Source: Utricularia gibba (Eukaryota; Plantae; Magnoliophyta). Taken from it: a stretch of DNA of 64,000 nucleotides. The translations under genes were made by a program, and so were the position numbers. Where the stretch lies: positions 2,480,001 through 2,544,000 of the forward strand of contig NEEC01000013.1 in the NCBI GenBank assembly GCA_002189035.1. Direction: 5' to 3'. A model generated the notes under the pieces. The model saw only the letters and a program-made list of their open reading frames with translations. It had not been told where the DNA came from and did not search any database. Shown in pieces: positions 25,001 through 38,300 of this stretch. Numbering within the stretch: position 1 is the first letter of the stretch; the number at the start of each line of letters is the position of its first letter.

Positions 25001-28000
25001 TTGTTGGGTTGCAAGAGGTGGAAACAGGTGCTGGCTTTGTTGCTATGTCAGCCGCTAAAGAAACTGTACACTTCTCTTCCATGCGTTTTTATTTATACAT
25101 CTGCTTCCTGACCTTGACTGCAAATGATCTTGTGAGGTTTTCAAAAAAAAAGGAAAACTTTTGTCGTATAGTATTGGTATTGTGGCTTACAATTTCACAG
25201 TTTGGTAGAAGTTATGATTAGTGGTATGATAATTTTACCTTTCAACCTATTAATTGATCGGTCTAGTTGCCTTTCTATCAGTTTCATTAATTTTGTAAGA
25301 AAACCAATTAACTGACCATCAAATAACCAGTTCACTGAACCATTAATACACAACTTCTTTTGTTTATATGATCCTCTACTACTTGTCTACTTTTTCTTAT
25401 TTTATAAGAATAATGATGCTTCGCTTTGCTTTTATGCTTATATGCTTTCATTCCCTGCAGATGGGCCTTGAAGGTAGTTCTGTTGGACAGTGGTGGCTAG
25501 ATATGATAGGAAAAATGTTGGAAGAGGGATCTTTGTTTTCACAAATTGGCTCCAGGCAGTTGGCAGGCTTGCTTATCTCCATGTGGTTAGTTTGGGATTG
25601 CAGCATTCAAATAAATCCAATATTTAGTTTGTATAAATATAGGATTCCTTGCTTTATCAAGTTAAAATACATATGGCGCTAAATTAAATTTCAATACTCT
25701 TGCATAGCACTTTCTCCTTCTCTCACTCTTTTTTATGTTTTATTTATTTGATTTCTTACAGAAATGTAATCATATAGGGTGAGAAACAGCATCAAATGCT
25801 ACACTGGTGATATTGATGTTGCTGCGGTTCCTTGTGGTCTTGGGCGAGCCCTCGGGAATAAGGTATATTGACTTGGAACTTATGCCATTTCTCATTCTGA
25901 AGTCTTGCTTTGTTTCTTTACTTCCTTATCGCTGCAGTACCTTATGGTTTTTTTCTATTTCATTATTTTTGATTGGGATGATAGATAAGTGATACTTTTT
26001 GGTGTTAACAAAGCATTTACATTCATTTCTTATTTAATGCTGTTAATCAGCTGCATGTAAATCCTACCGCAGATTTCCCTGCCCAGTTTCAGAATGCCTG
26101 ACAACTTTCTGGCAGACATTTTTGTCTTTCTAACGAAGCATTTCTTCTTTGTAACTGCAACACAGGGAGCCGTTGGGCTAAGAGTGAGACTTTATGATCG
26201 AGTAATGTGTTTTGTTAATTGTCATTTTGCTGCACATTTGGATGCTGTAAATCGCCGGAATGCAGATTTTGATCATGTATATCGAGCAATGGCTTTTACT
26301 CGGCCATCCAACTCCTTAACAGTGAATGCTGGTATGCTGCCTTGTTTACTCTTATGTTTATTGCTTGCTGGATCCATCTTATTACTATCACTTCATTATG
26401 GGTCGACCTTGGGGGTGGTTCTCTCCATTGTAACAGGCTTATCATCCACGATTTTGCTTCGCGTCCCAAGTGTATGTACTTGCTCGGGTGAATTCTGCAT
26501 TCTAGCTTTTTAAGTTTCCTTCATTAAGATATAGTAACTTCCTGTGCTGATGCAGGCTCTTGGAGCTTACCCTGATGAAGAAATGCCAGAGCTTTCTCAG
26601 GCAGACTTGGTTGTGTTTTTAGGGGACTTTAATTATCGGCTTGATGGCATATCCTATGAGGAAGCTAGGGATTTCATTTCTCAAAGATGTTTTGACTTGT
26701 TGAAAGAACGAGACCAGCTTCTTGCTGAAATGCAAGCTGGAAATGTTTTCCAAGGAATGCGGGAAGCTGTTATTAGGTTTCCTCCAACTTACAAATTTGC
26801 AAGGAATGTTCCGGGATTATCAGGTGATGACAAAGAAAGATTGTTTTTGCTGAATGTTCTGCCTTCATTCATATTATTGTGTTACTAATTTAGGGTATGA
26901 CTCTGGTGAGAAGAAACGAATCCCTGCCTGGTGTGACAGAATTCTGTATCGTGACAGCTGCTCAACATCATCATCTTCCTGCGGCTTAGACTGCCCTGTA
27001 GTTTCAACCGTACTGGAGTAAGTGTGCCATTCACTTTCTCCAAAGGTTTTTTAATTGAGTTTTTGAACATTTTTGTTGTTTTCATGTTTATCATTTTCCT
27101 TCTTGGCTCGTTTGTATTATCCACTAGAAAGCTCACTTAAACCAGATTCTTTATAAAACATTCTCTGGGGGTGATTCCTTAGAAACGTTGTCTGTGTTAC
27201 AGCTTAGAAGGGTGACCAGAGAGAGCTGTGTGTCTCATAAACCATTTTACCATGCGTTTTTTCCCTAGTTTTTTGTATCTAAACCTCTGGCATCATTTTA
27301 TTTCTTTGCTCCTCAGTGCATCGTTTATCCTGTGCCATGTTACATAACCTACTTGAGTTACAAACCCTTCACAGGTATGAAGCATCCATGGATGTAACTG
27401 ACAGTGATCACAAGCCTGTCCGGGCCATTTTCAACGTAGAAGTTGCTCGAGTAGATGAGGCAATAAGAAGGCAGGAGTTTGGTGAAATCATCAGATCAAA
27501 CAGACGGATCAAGCATCTGCTTGAAGTATTAGGCGAAATACCAGACGTCATATTGAGTACAAATACCATAGTCCTTCAGAACCAGGATACATCCATATTG
27601 CATATCACCAACAAATGCAAGGAACATGCAGCTTTGTATCAAATCATGTGTGAAAGTTTGACTATCATTGAGAATGGAATTGCATCTGACCATCGGCCAA
27701 GAGGTTCCTTCGGCTTCCCTCGCTGGCTTCAGGTGCATCGCTTAACCTCCCTCTCCTATTGCCTACTTTTTGTCCACATTTTTATAAAAGACTAGCTACA
27801 CTTTGTAGGCTGGTGAACTTCATTTATGAATCTTTAATGAAAATAATACATCTTAAGCTTTCCAAGTGCAGATTCTTTGACCCTTTTTTTTATCTTATTA
27901 GAAAGTGCACGCGCATGCGCTTGGATAATTACAATCCTCATATTTCATTTCTGTACCGTTGTACATTCCTTGGCTTCTTTCCTTCTCTGTTATGGCATGC

Positions 28001-28362
28001 TGATAGAACCTCTCCTACAGGTTAATCCTGCCTCAGGAATTGTTGAACCAGATGGGATTGCGGAAATTCGCATCCACCATGAAAAATATGAAACTCTTCA
28101 AGATGATGGAATACCACAAAACTTGTGGAGCGAAGATATAAGGGACAAGGAAGCAATGCTGTTAGTGAAGGTGAGTGGAAGCTACACCCTCACAGAGGCT
28201 CAATGCCACCGCGTGCGTGTGTGCCATAGCATCAGTGACCAGCATACTCCCATGAACGAAAAGAACAGCCATGAACCCATCCACCAAAACCTGCTTCATC
28301 GCTCTGATTTTGATTTGCTAACTGATTCTATTGACAACTTGGTGAATTTAGATAGCCCCTGA
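22051..28362 (+). CDS. FRA3: Type II inositol polyphosphate 5-phosphatase with WD40-like N-terminus (FRA3/5PTase15-like); one -1 frameshift at 24833-24835
   Basis: About 11 exons. Motifs [70 protein letters not shown], catalytic [16 protein letters not shown] and SDHKPV. Confidence 0.9.
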
Positions 28363-28737
28363 GTTGCTAGATGATATATTATACAGCCACAGCCTGCTAT
28401 GGCATTGCAGCTACGGATTGTGGAAAAACCACCATCAGGTCGTATCTTCTGCTTGCCAGCAACTTTGGAATGGTTCTCATCACTGATTGGGAATCTGCTG
28501 CGTGTAATTATGTATTTTAGGTGGCCTTTGAATACTCCCTTATTTTGTGCAGTCCCTGGAAATGAAGACAAATCCCAAGATCATTATATATGAAAACATT
28601 TCAAAAATAATTTTATCACTAAATATGAATAGTTTTTATTTAAAAACATTTTATTTTTTAAAAAATATATACATTTAATTTTTATTGTATTAAAAGTACA
28701 ACTACCTCAAGTATCTCTGATTATGCAGTTGCTACTG

Positions 28738-31700
28738 CTATAATGATAGGCTACCAAATTGCTCATTCCACCTCTCATAGGTGCCCAGTTCACTCAGCGA
28801 CACCGATGGTCTTACCTCCTGCAAGGCTTTCTCGAAATCCTGAGATGAAAAAGACACGAAAGACTTATTGTTCTGTAAATTGGAAATGCAATTCAGAACC
28901 TCACCTACTTTTGCATAAGTTTGCCTCCGACTTACAGCAATATATATACTTTCAATACCGTAAATTGCCGATAATTCTCGATTTTGGTCCCAAAAGCAGA
29001 AGAAATACCAGTGTAAAAGCAGAAGCAGAGAAGAGTTATTACCTCAAGGTTGACAGGCCTCATGTCATCCTTCCTTAGCTTTGTAATTTCTGTACCCTGC
29101 TTGAGAGCTTCTCGCAGTGGTCCCATTGTTGCATCCTTCACTAAATTCTTCATATCTGATCCTGAATATCCTGATGGCATGTCGTCATCAACAGTCACAA
29201 TGGAAAAAAAAAAAAGAATTAGTTGTGGATCATGAATTGTTAAAAGAGGTAGACTATACCATCAGTTAAGTTGCATATAGCATCAATATCATCATCTGTA
29301 AGGCTCAATAATCCATCTTTATCCAGCAGGTTCTTTATAATCCAGGCTCTTGCTTCTGCACAAAACTTTTTAAGATGAAGTGAGATTTTTGACTCTAAAG
29401 CAGCATACATAATGCCTTGATAAATTTGATCACGACCTGAAGTCGGAAGGGGAATGTAAAGTCTCTTTGTAAGTCGTCTTCTGGCTGCTTCATCAAGTTC
29501 CTGAGGTCTGTTCGTAGCACCTGTTGCATGATTACAAGGTATAAGAGGCTGACCAAAAACTGCTACTGACCAAGGAAATCGTTATGCATCACATGACATC
29601 TTGTGTAACTTCATCGAATTCAAATGGTCAACCCCAGCGCATGACTAAGCATGCACGGCATACATGAACTACTTATGTGAAAGATTGGATTGTTCAGCAA
29701 AACAAGGAAATTCAAACTTTGTGCATTTGCATGCTGGTGTGCTTTTTCGATACTTTTCTAAATGCTTATTTTTTGGTATCTGTGGATTACTCATTGAGAA
29801 AAACCAAACCTTCAGTTACCTATCAAAAGAATTTGTTCGTTTCCGGAATCAAAACCTTCCATTTCTATGAGGAACTGGGTTTTTAGGCGCCTGCTAGCCT
29901 CATGTTCACCATCTGACTTGCGCTGGAACAAAATATCATATTAATGAATCCGATTCTCAAAATCATTATTGAGAATGATTTCGAGGTGCCTTTACAGACA
30001 ATTAGAAAAGTGATAAAAAATAACTATGTATACCTTAGTTTTACGCAAATAAGTGCGAGAGGCTATTGACATTATTAACTCCTCCGAAAATTATTTTAAT
30101 AAAATGATAACGAAGGACATGATCATTACCTGTGAAAGTAGTGAATCAATCTCATCAACAAATATCACAGCAGGCTGACGGCAGCTGGCAACACCAAAAA
30201 GTGCCCTTACAAGCTTTTCACCTTCACCTATCTTTATACACATTTATAATAATAAACGATTGAGATACTTGCACAACAGACTAAGTTGAACAACAAATAT
30301 AGGGTCTAAAGAAAACTTACCCATTTACTTGTTAATGAACTCGCAGATATGTAAAAAAAAGTTGCTTTAGCCTCCCCAGCTATTGCTTTCCCTATCATAG
30401 TCTTACCAGTTCCCTGTTTGTAGGAGTAGAATAAAATCATGGAATGATTGAATCGTAAATGGCATCCCTTACATTTCACTTACAGGGGGACCAAAAAGAA
30501 GGAGACCACGGCCTGGAGATCGGCATCCTTGAAATATGTCAGGACGCAGCAAGGGCCATATCACCATCTCAGTCACACATTTCTTTGCATGGTCCAACCC
30601 AGCTTGATGCCAATAAAGAGAAGCGGGTCTCAAAAAGATTATCAATCCTTAGTAAGGATGGAGTTAGGTATGCATACCAATGTCATCCCAGCGCACATTT
30701 GGATCCCTCTCCATGATCTCATTGCTGATATGCTCAATAAGTCTTGGTTCTATGTTTCTCAACTTCTCAGGAAGCTCACCATCTGGGCCACAGAGCATTT
30801 CCAAACTGCACGGAAAAATACAGTTTTCATTGTTAAGCATTAAGTATAACAATTTTTAAAAGAGGAGCTTGAAGATAACCAAAGAATGATGTAAAATACC
30901 ACTTCCTAGTTGATTCATCCAAGGCATCTTCACTCTTTCCAGATCCACGGTGAGCTAAAGTACCTGAGGTGTTTCCACTTGATTTAATGGGAGGAACAAA
31001 ATTACCCCTGACTCCACGACGTGAGAACCCGTAAGACCTCGCTCCATTGCCCTTCTGGTTTACAGCCTCGACTTGTGGTGAGATTGACTCGCTTGGTGAC
31101 CTAATGAACCCACGTTTTTGCTTGGCCTCCATTTCCTTATCATGATCCACCAAATATATTTACAAGTTCAAGAAGCTAGTCACAGATTTAAAAGCAATGT
31201 GTATTCACCCCATGTAATTAGTGAATTACCAATTTTGCTCTAGCAGTTACAAATCCATTGGTGGAAGCATCCACATGAGCTCCTTCCTTCTTATAAGGCG
31301 ATCCTTCTTTGTCTAATCTTTCATCAGGCATTTCACGGTGCAGCCTTTTTGTTTTAATATTGGCACCATGTGCATCTTCATCAACATGGTCCATTAGAAC
31401 TGGAATAGTGGGTGTACAAGGAGTACTTCGATTATTATTACTCAGCCCTTTCTGCCCAAGAATAATGCAATCATCAGAGAGGGCATTTTTCATTGCACTG
31501 TACTTATTTTCACCAGCCGCATTCCGATAAGATGAAGGGAGTTTAGTCTGTATGAGATTCTTAAAGGTAGTTGATTTATCCCTCTTCTCAAGTTGCTTTG
31601 CCTGAGGGAAAAAAAGGAGGCGTTATAATAACATAATTTTTAAAAGAAATCGAACCTTATATAAGTATGTTAACGGGAGAGTCTCCAAGAAAAAGAATGG

Positions 31701-32362
31701 AGGTTATAATACAATGATCCATACCGTTCCAGAATTGGACTCCGAGGGCTGATGATAGAATGACTGGAAATACTTCGACTGCATAACGTTCTCCAAATCA
31801 ATGTCATTTCTCTTTTTGAATATGGCACCCGGTCCTTTGCCAGCTTGAGCAAAAACTTGTCTAGAAAGAAGAAATGCAAGAAAAATAAAATTACTACACG
31901 GCAGTTTCCGAAACCAACAATGCATACAAACGCAGAGCACGATCAGGAAAGCTCAATCAAAAAATGTCCAAAAATCTCCATGCGATCCTAATTAGGATAG
32001 CAAACTCGCAAACATTTCCCTACATCTTTCACAATTCCTTATGCAATCTGTATCACTACAGAGAGTGAATGGAGAACAGCGTGGGCATACCGGTCAGAAT
32101 GAGGAATCAGAGAGCAGCGAGCAGTTTGGAGCTTGGCAACTGCTTTACGGCGAATAGGCCTAATGAATGCTTCATCCAGACAGGACCGCGAGTGAGAATC
32201 CAAAAAGCCGATGAGCATGAGCAACAGCACCTGCGCCGAGGCATAATCCTTCTTCTCCAAAGCAACATCAGCACCGTACAGCAATGCCTGCAAATGCTTC
32301 AGGTTTTGATCGACTTCCTTCCTCCAGCAAATCTCCGATCCACTATCCTCCTTTCCCGCCAT
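28738..32362 (-). CDS. FIGL1: Fidgetin-like 1 AAA+ ATPase (anti-crossover / HR regulator)
   Basis: N-terminal [21 protein letters not shown]. Walker A GPP|GTGKT, Walker [29 protein letters not shown]-terminal [13 protein letters not shown]. All exon phases are consistent. Confidence 0.93.
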
Positions 32363-32436
32363 TTTCAAGCGATCGCGCGTGGTTGACAAGAACTTCTACT
32401 ACCCCTGCCTCTTTTTCTTCAACGCATCTTATGCAT

Positions 32437-32516
32437 TGGGCCAAGAATTAAAAAGCCCTAGCTCCCTCGCATCGCAGCCCTAGATTCGGATGGGCCTGGA
32501 ATATTAATGCGGCCCA
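32437..32516. promoter_or_regulatory. Site II cluster in the FIGL1 proximal promoter
   Basis: tgggcc 32437-32442, tgggcc 32491-32496, ggccca 32511-32516. Confidence 0.55.
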
Positions 32517-33014
32517 AGACGCATCTTTGGAAACTGATGCCGCTCATCGTTTTAAAAATGGATTAAAAATATTTTTTGATTTAATCATTTTTTAAAAAAA
32601 ATAATTAATTAAATAATTAAATAATTAAAATAAACTTATTTTTTAATGTATTCATGATTTAAATGGAATCTAGTCCTTCAAAACATTGAACCCAAGGTGA
32701 GATTGGAGAATGCAGCTTTTGCATTAAGAGCTCTTTGAACATGCTCATAAGATCATATTCAAATTCTATGATTGCTATTTTGTACACAATAGGAACAGAA
32801 ATTCTTTGATTCTCAGTTTATTGCAGTGTTGGCATCTGCAAATGATTTCATTCAGAAGATAGAAGCAGCAACTACTCAACAATCATCTTTCAAACTAAAA
32901 ACCAGAGAAACTCCACAATTCATGCGCTGAATTCCACCATTGATTACCGAGCATAGACTTTGTACAGAACATAAGTGCAACAAATCCACATCTGGGCAGG
33001 AAATTAATCACCTT

Positions 33015-34864
33015 TTATCCTCCAACTTCAGTATTTTCCGGCATTGCACGCTGAGCGGCTCTTCTCCTGAGTTGGATTTGGTGCACATATTCGGAGATTA
33101 TGACATGAAACTTTGGAGCAAGTTTATTAGTGGATGAGATGTTAAGACCCGCCTTCTTGAGAGCACGCACCATATGCTTCTCAGCTTTTTGGAAATGGAG
33201 AGGGCAGAATGAAGGAACTGTTGACTTCAGGATGGGTTTCGCACAAGGTATAGGTCCTATGTTTGTGCTGCGGTGCCACAAATTGCACATATTATAGTGA
33301 GATGTCAAATATACTTCAAAGAAGGAAAAATACATACCACAAACCAGAGGAAAGTGCATAAAGAATAGCACGAATAAAAAACAACTATGAGAATATTCTG
33401 TTTCTTGTTTCCCACTGTGAAGGGATGCCTACATCATTGATAACAGGATTCAATTTATAATATGCACATGCAATTACATAACCATCAAAAGATTATATAC
33501 TCACAGAACTTGAAGTTGCAATCAAAGACGTGGCTAATACAATTAACCAAAAAACATCTCATAACAAAAGTGAAACCTAAAATCCTATTCGTTATGCTAA
33601 AAACATTCATAAAGACTCTGCCAACAACCAGAGCCTCGAGATTCTGGTAGTAGCTCAATTAAAAATTTCAGGCCATATAGACTGGAGAATCAACGTTTCG
33701 ATTATTTGCTTCAATGGTATTGATACAATGCCAGTATTGTAAGTGAATTCAAAAAAAGCTTGATCATTTGATTGAAAATTCCTTGTAAGCCATTGGATAA
33801 ACCAAAAGGAGCACATACGATGACTGGGTTTCACTGGGGATGTATACCAATACAGACCCTGAACCCCAATGCAGTTAGGCAGGCACATACATCGAAGACA
33901 TGAAACTCTAGAAACAACAAGTAGCACTAAGATCATAATCAATGTCAAGTCTGCGGTAATTACGACAGCCCACTACCGATCACCCAACTCATGCCATCAT
34001 CACCAGTACTACGCCTCTTTGCATCCACAAGCATAGATAAAGATACATTATAATCTTAAAATTAATATGGTTGAAGGAGCGACTTTAACCATGCACTTCG
34101 AAGCATACATTCAAGTAAATCAAATAGATCACCCTGCAACTTCCATAAAAATCTAGATTACACATAGTCAGGTATACAAAAGCATTCAAGGTAATACAAG
34201 ACTTTCGAATGATTTTGATACCAATTCAAGAAACTAAGACACAGGTTACATCAAAGAACAGAGACCATGGAAAGGAGAAAACAGAAAAAATGCTGCGACA
34301 ATAATACCCAACAAGCGTAGGCCGGCAGCGAAATAAATCCCTAAAATGATAAGCACTTAAGAAACAAAAAAAAAGGCAGAAAAATTTGCGGGAGAATGAA
34401 CAAACCTCTTGATAGAAAAACTGCATGGCTTGTAAAGCTTCTGTCCCCTTCAGAAAGTATATGTATGTGGCAAAATTTAGTTTTAGTTAAAGCCATTGCC
34501 TTCGCTTTACAGCCATGCATCCCGCAGCGGCCAGAAACAGTACCATTAGCACTCGGGACAAAGCAATTCCCATTACCAGGATTCTCAGGCGCAGCCACTG
34601 GATGTGAATTATCCTTTTCTTGCTCCTCGTCCACCAAATAAGGGCTTTTACCGTACTCCCAATAGTACTCTCGGTATTTCACCTTGAGTTCATCCATTAG
34701 TGCCAGTAGTGGTCGCGATAAATACGAGAGAGCTGCCTGAATCTCCGGATACGGCGTTTGAGGACTTCCCCGCGCGTTAGAAACTCCGATCTTGATAGCG
34801 CAATGTCCTCTTCAAGACCGTCCATCCGAACTGGACCGGAAGAAGATGACGCAAGATCTTCCAT
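33015..34864 (-). CDS. INO80 subunit D / KANSL2-like protein (zf-C3Hc3H), AT1G05860-like; two -1 frameshifts in exon 1
   Basis: Two exons (about 34864-34405 and 33268-33015). Motifs EFLTRGEVLKRR, YRDHYW(A)LMDELKVKYREYYW, CGMHGCKAKAMALT..FCHIHIL, QKLYKPC, CAKPIL, CPLHFQKAEK, KLAPKFHVII. Confidence 0.82.
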
Positions 34865-35309
34865 GCAGCCGTGTGTGATGACAAGGGCTTCGGATCCTCC
34901 TCTTTGAACCACAAGAGAACCGTGCGTTAGGAGACTGTCGAGCGGGGAGCCGGCGACGTACGGCAATGGGCATCGCCTTCAGAAACAAATTTCGCGTCGA
35001 CCCTTTTTATAGAAGATAATTATAAAATTAAATAAATTTCAATTAATTGATTTTAATTCAAATGAATAAAGAGCCTCATGGTAAATTAGTGGAATGTAAA
35101 TGGCATAAAAAAAAGTAAAAAAAAGTGAAAGATTGAAGTATAAAAGAAAACACATCTCCGTTCGGACCGTTTCTCGGCAGATCTCTTCCGAGATTCGAGA
35201 TTTGGATTCCGGATGCCACTCTATTTCTTGTTTTTCTGCTTTAGGCGCTGAAAAATTCTCGGATCTGCAGACTCATTGATTCCGATAAGGTGGGTTGAGA
35301 AGTCAACAA

Positions 35310-38300
35310 ATGGCCGGAGCTGCGGCAGGAGGATTTGTGACAAGGGCATTCCAGTCTATGCTTAAAGAGTGCTCTGACAACAGATACCAGGCGCTACAAT
35401 CCGCAGTTCGAACTTATTTAGGTAGGCTAGAGATTTTTTGCTTTTGCCTGAATGATTTGGTGTAACGTGATGCTGCGATTTTTCTGTTTCTTAGGGTGTG
35501 CTACAATCATGCGTTTGTCTTTCTTGTGTATTTCCAGATGACATAATATGGACATTGTAAGCAATTCGTGGATTAAAGTTTCCTGATTCCAGAATGCCTT
35601 CATTTCAAAGTGCCTTTTTTTTCATTTTCCCTTAGTCTTTAGTTTACGAGATGTGCAAGTATTCTTCTGTTTTGCTTCCTTCCATATGATGCTGAGAATG
35701 ACAGTTGACTTGTTTGCTTCGGCATTTCAGAAGCTGGAAAACACTTCAATGATCAATCAAATGCTGTTGATAGTAAAGAGACAGTACCGGAAACTTCAAA
35801 TGAAGGGTATTCTAACTTGCTTTCTTGCTATCTGGATATGTTTAGAATGTTCCACAGAAACGCATTTTCCATTTGCATTGATGAATTGTTAATGCTTTCT
35901 TGTAAAAATGGTTCTCAATTTGTGCTATTTTATTAGTAATTCATCTGGGGATACTGGTGATCTTACTGCTGATGAAGATGCTGGGTCTGGGCGTACTGGT
36001 GAATCCAAAAGAGGTGCTGAATCATTGGCTTTTCATTTGGCAAATGCGGGATATACTCTAAGTGAAGCTGAGGCCGAGCTTGTTCTAAGGCCCCTTCGAA
36101 TTGCATTTGAGACAAAAAATGACAAAGTTGTGGAGCTTGCGTTGGATTGTCTTCACGTAGGTGCTGGGTTTTGGAATTATTTATTGCCTTGCTGGACAGG
36201 TTGTTAAACATGGATCGAGTTGCATTTCTAAAAGCTGATGTTCGCCTACTTGGCGAGGCTGAGTAAACTTATGCACAAGTTTTATCTAACTGAAAAGTAA
36301 ACCATAGATTTTTAAATAAAGAGTGTTGCTATTGTCCCCGGAAATCCAGAATATTTAGCTTTTAAAGATTCATTTATTACTCATGATATATTTGAGATTA
36401 TATTATTAAGGATTTAGAGTTCTTCTCGGTCAGGTACATGGTGTACTATTTTCCATTTATTTATGTGTCACTGTTCTATGCTGAGTTGCCTGTTCTGGTG
36501 TTTGAATTGCTGAAAAATTCAAAGAAAAGAGGGTCTTTTCTAATTTTCATGTATAAGTGTCATGAACCTGGATGCATGCTTTCATAGGAGGCTATATGTT
36601 ACTTTTGGATGGATTAATTTGTGGTTGCTGTATAATTTCTTTCTTAATCATCTTTCTCAATGCAGAAACTTATTGAATATAACCATCTAGAGGGTGATCC
36701 TGGTACTGATGGGGAAAAAATGCACAATTATTTTCCGAAATTCTGAACATGGTCTGTTCCTCTGTGGATAATTCGTCTCCAGATAGGTATCTTAAAATGG
36801 GATCTATAATATGATGGTTCGATCATTCTTAGTCTAACCCTGAGTTTATGGAGCACAGTACAATTCTTCAAGTGTTGAAGGTTCTGCTTACTGCTGTGGC
36901 ATCTACCAAGATGCGTGGTATGTGCATTTCACTTGCTTAATTCTTTTGATCTGCTCCCCCTATCTTTAACGATTCTTGGACTTAAATTTTGAGAAACCAC
37001 TTACGAAACATTTCGAAAAATTTGAATATGCATTAAAGAATTGACGAATATAAAATCAAGCATACTACTCTATCCCTTTCTTGTATTACCCTTTTCAATG
37101 CTTTCCATGATCTACTAATTTCCTGCTTCTAAAATGTACATTGTTGATGTTGCCTGATTACCTTATTTTGTTGTAGATGTGTTGTACCCATTATCCTGCT
37201 TATTTCATTGATATTCCACTCAACCATCCTCTCCACCCAAAAATTTATTATTTGGTACTTCGTATATAGTTTGGTGGTTTGGCAGTGGATTTTCACAATG
37301 ATGCGCACTATATGAATTATATCTGGGGGTGAATCATTGCAACTTACAAAAATTTATGCTGTAAATTGGCATTACATGTTTAATTTCAGTATTTATACCT
37401 GCAATGCTAAAGTTGCATTGATTTGAATCTATTAATGCAGTTCATGGAGAGTTGTTGCTTGTTATTATCAGGGTATGCTACAATAGTGCACTTAATAGGT
37501 ACACATTGAAAAGTTCTTACTTTTTTCTTTGATGTTTTTTAAATTTAAATTTCCATGCAAAATGTGCAGCAAGAGCCCTGTAAATCAAGCAACTTCTAGG
37601 GCCATGCTAATGCAAATTATGAGCATCATATTTAGGCGCATGGAAACAGATGTGGTATGTATTTGCTGTTTGCTCTCTTGAACGTTGTATTAGTACTATG
37701 GGTAAGCTGGAAGGAAGATGAGTGATTATTGTACACAGTAATTGTTGACTCTATAGACTTCAGGTCTCTGGAAATTCTACCAAGCCATCTGAAGTCAACT
37801 CCGAAGTCAAATTAATTTCAGTGGGTAAAGAGGGGAAGAAATGATAGAAACACTTCATAATGAGTCAACTATCAGTCTGGGGGAAGCACTTATGGTGAAG
37901 CAGATGGATGATGCTACTGCTCCTTCTGCAGACGAAATTCAAGATCTTATGGGAAGTTCTGATATAAAGGTACTGTCATTCTGGTTGTTTCCATGATTCT
38001 AGTATTTCTATTACTCTGGGTTTTCCTGATTTCACTTTGACGTCATAGGGTATAGAGGCTGCCCTTGAAAAGGCTGTGGATATAGAAGATCGTGAGAAGT
38101 TCACAAGGTATACGTATAAATGGATGCACTTCGTGTGGTTTTTGTAGCATTGATCTTTTTTTTTTTTTCATTCTAGATTCTCTAATTTTTGCATAGCATG
38201 TTTTCCTTCTAACCACCATCTATACGGGCCAAAATAATTTGGAGTTCACACAGCTTTCTCTTCTAAAAGACCATGTAATCTTTTCATTTTCCTTTTTTGT

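Noticed and set aside
33940-33970. caagtctg + gcggtaatt resembling two nearby 18S rRNA segments in the INO80D-like intron
   Set aside because: No D box next to the antisense element and no H/ACA pocket geometry; likely chance.
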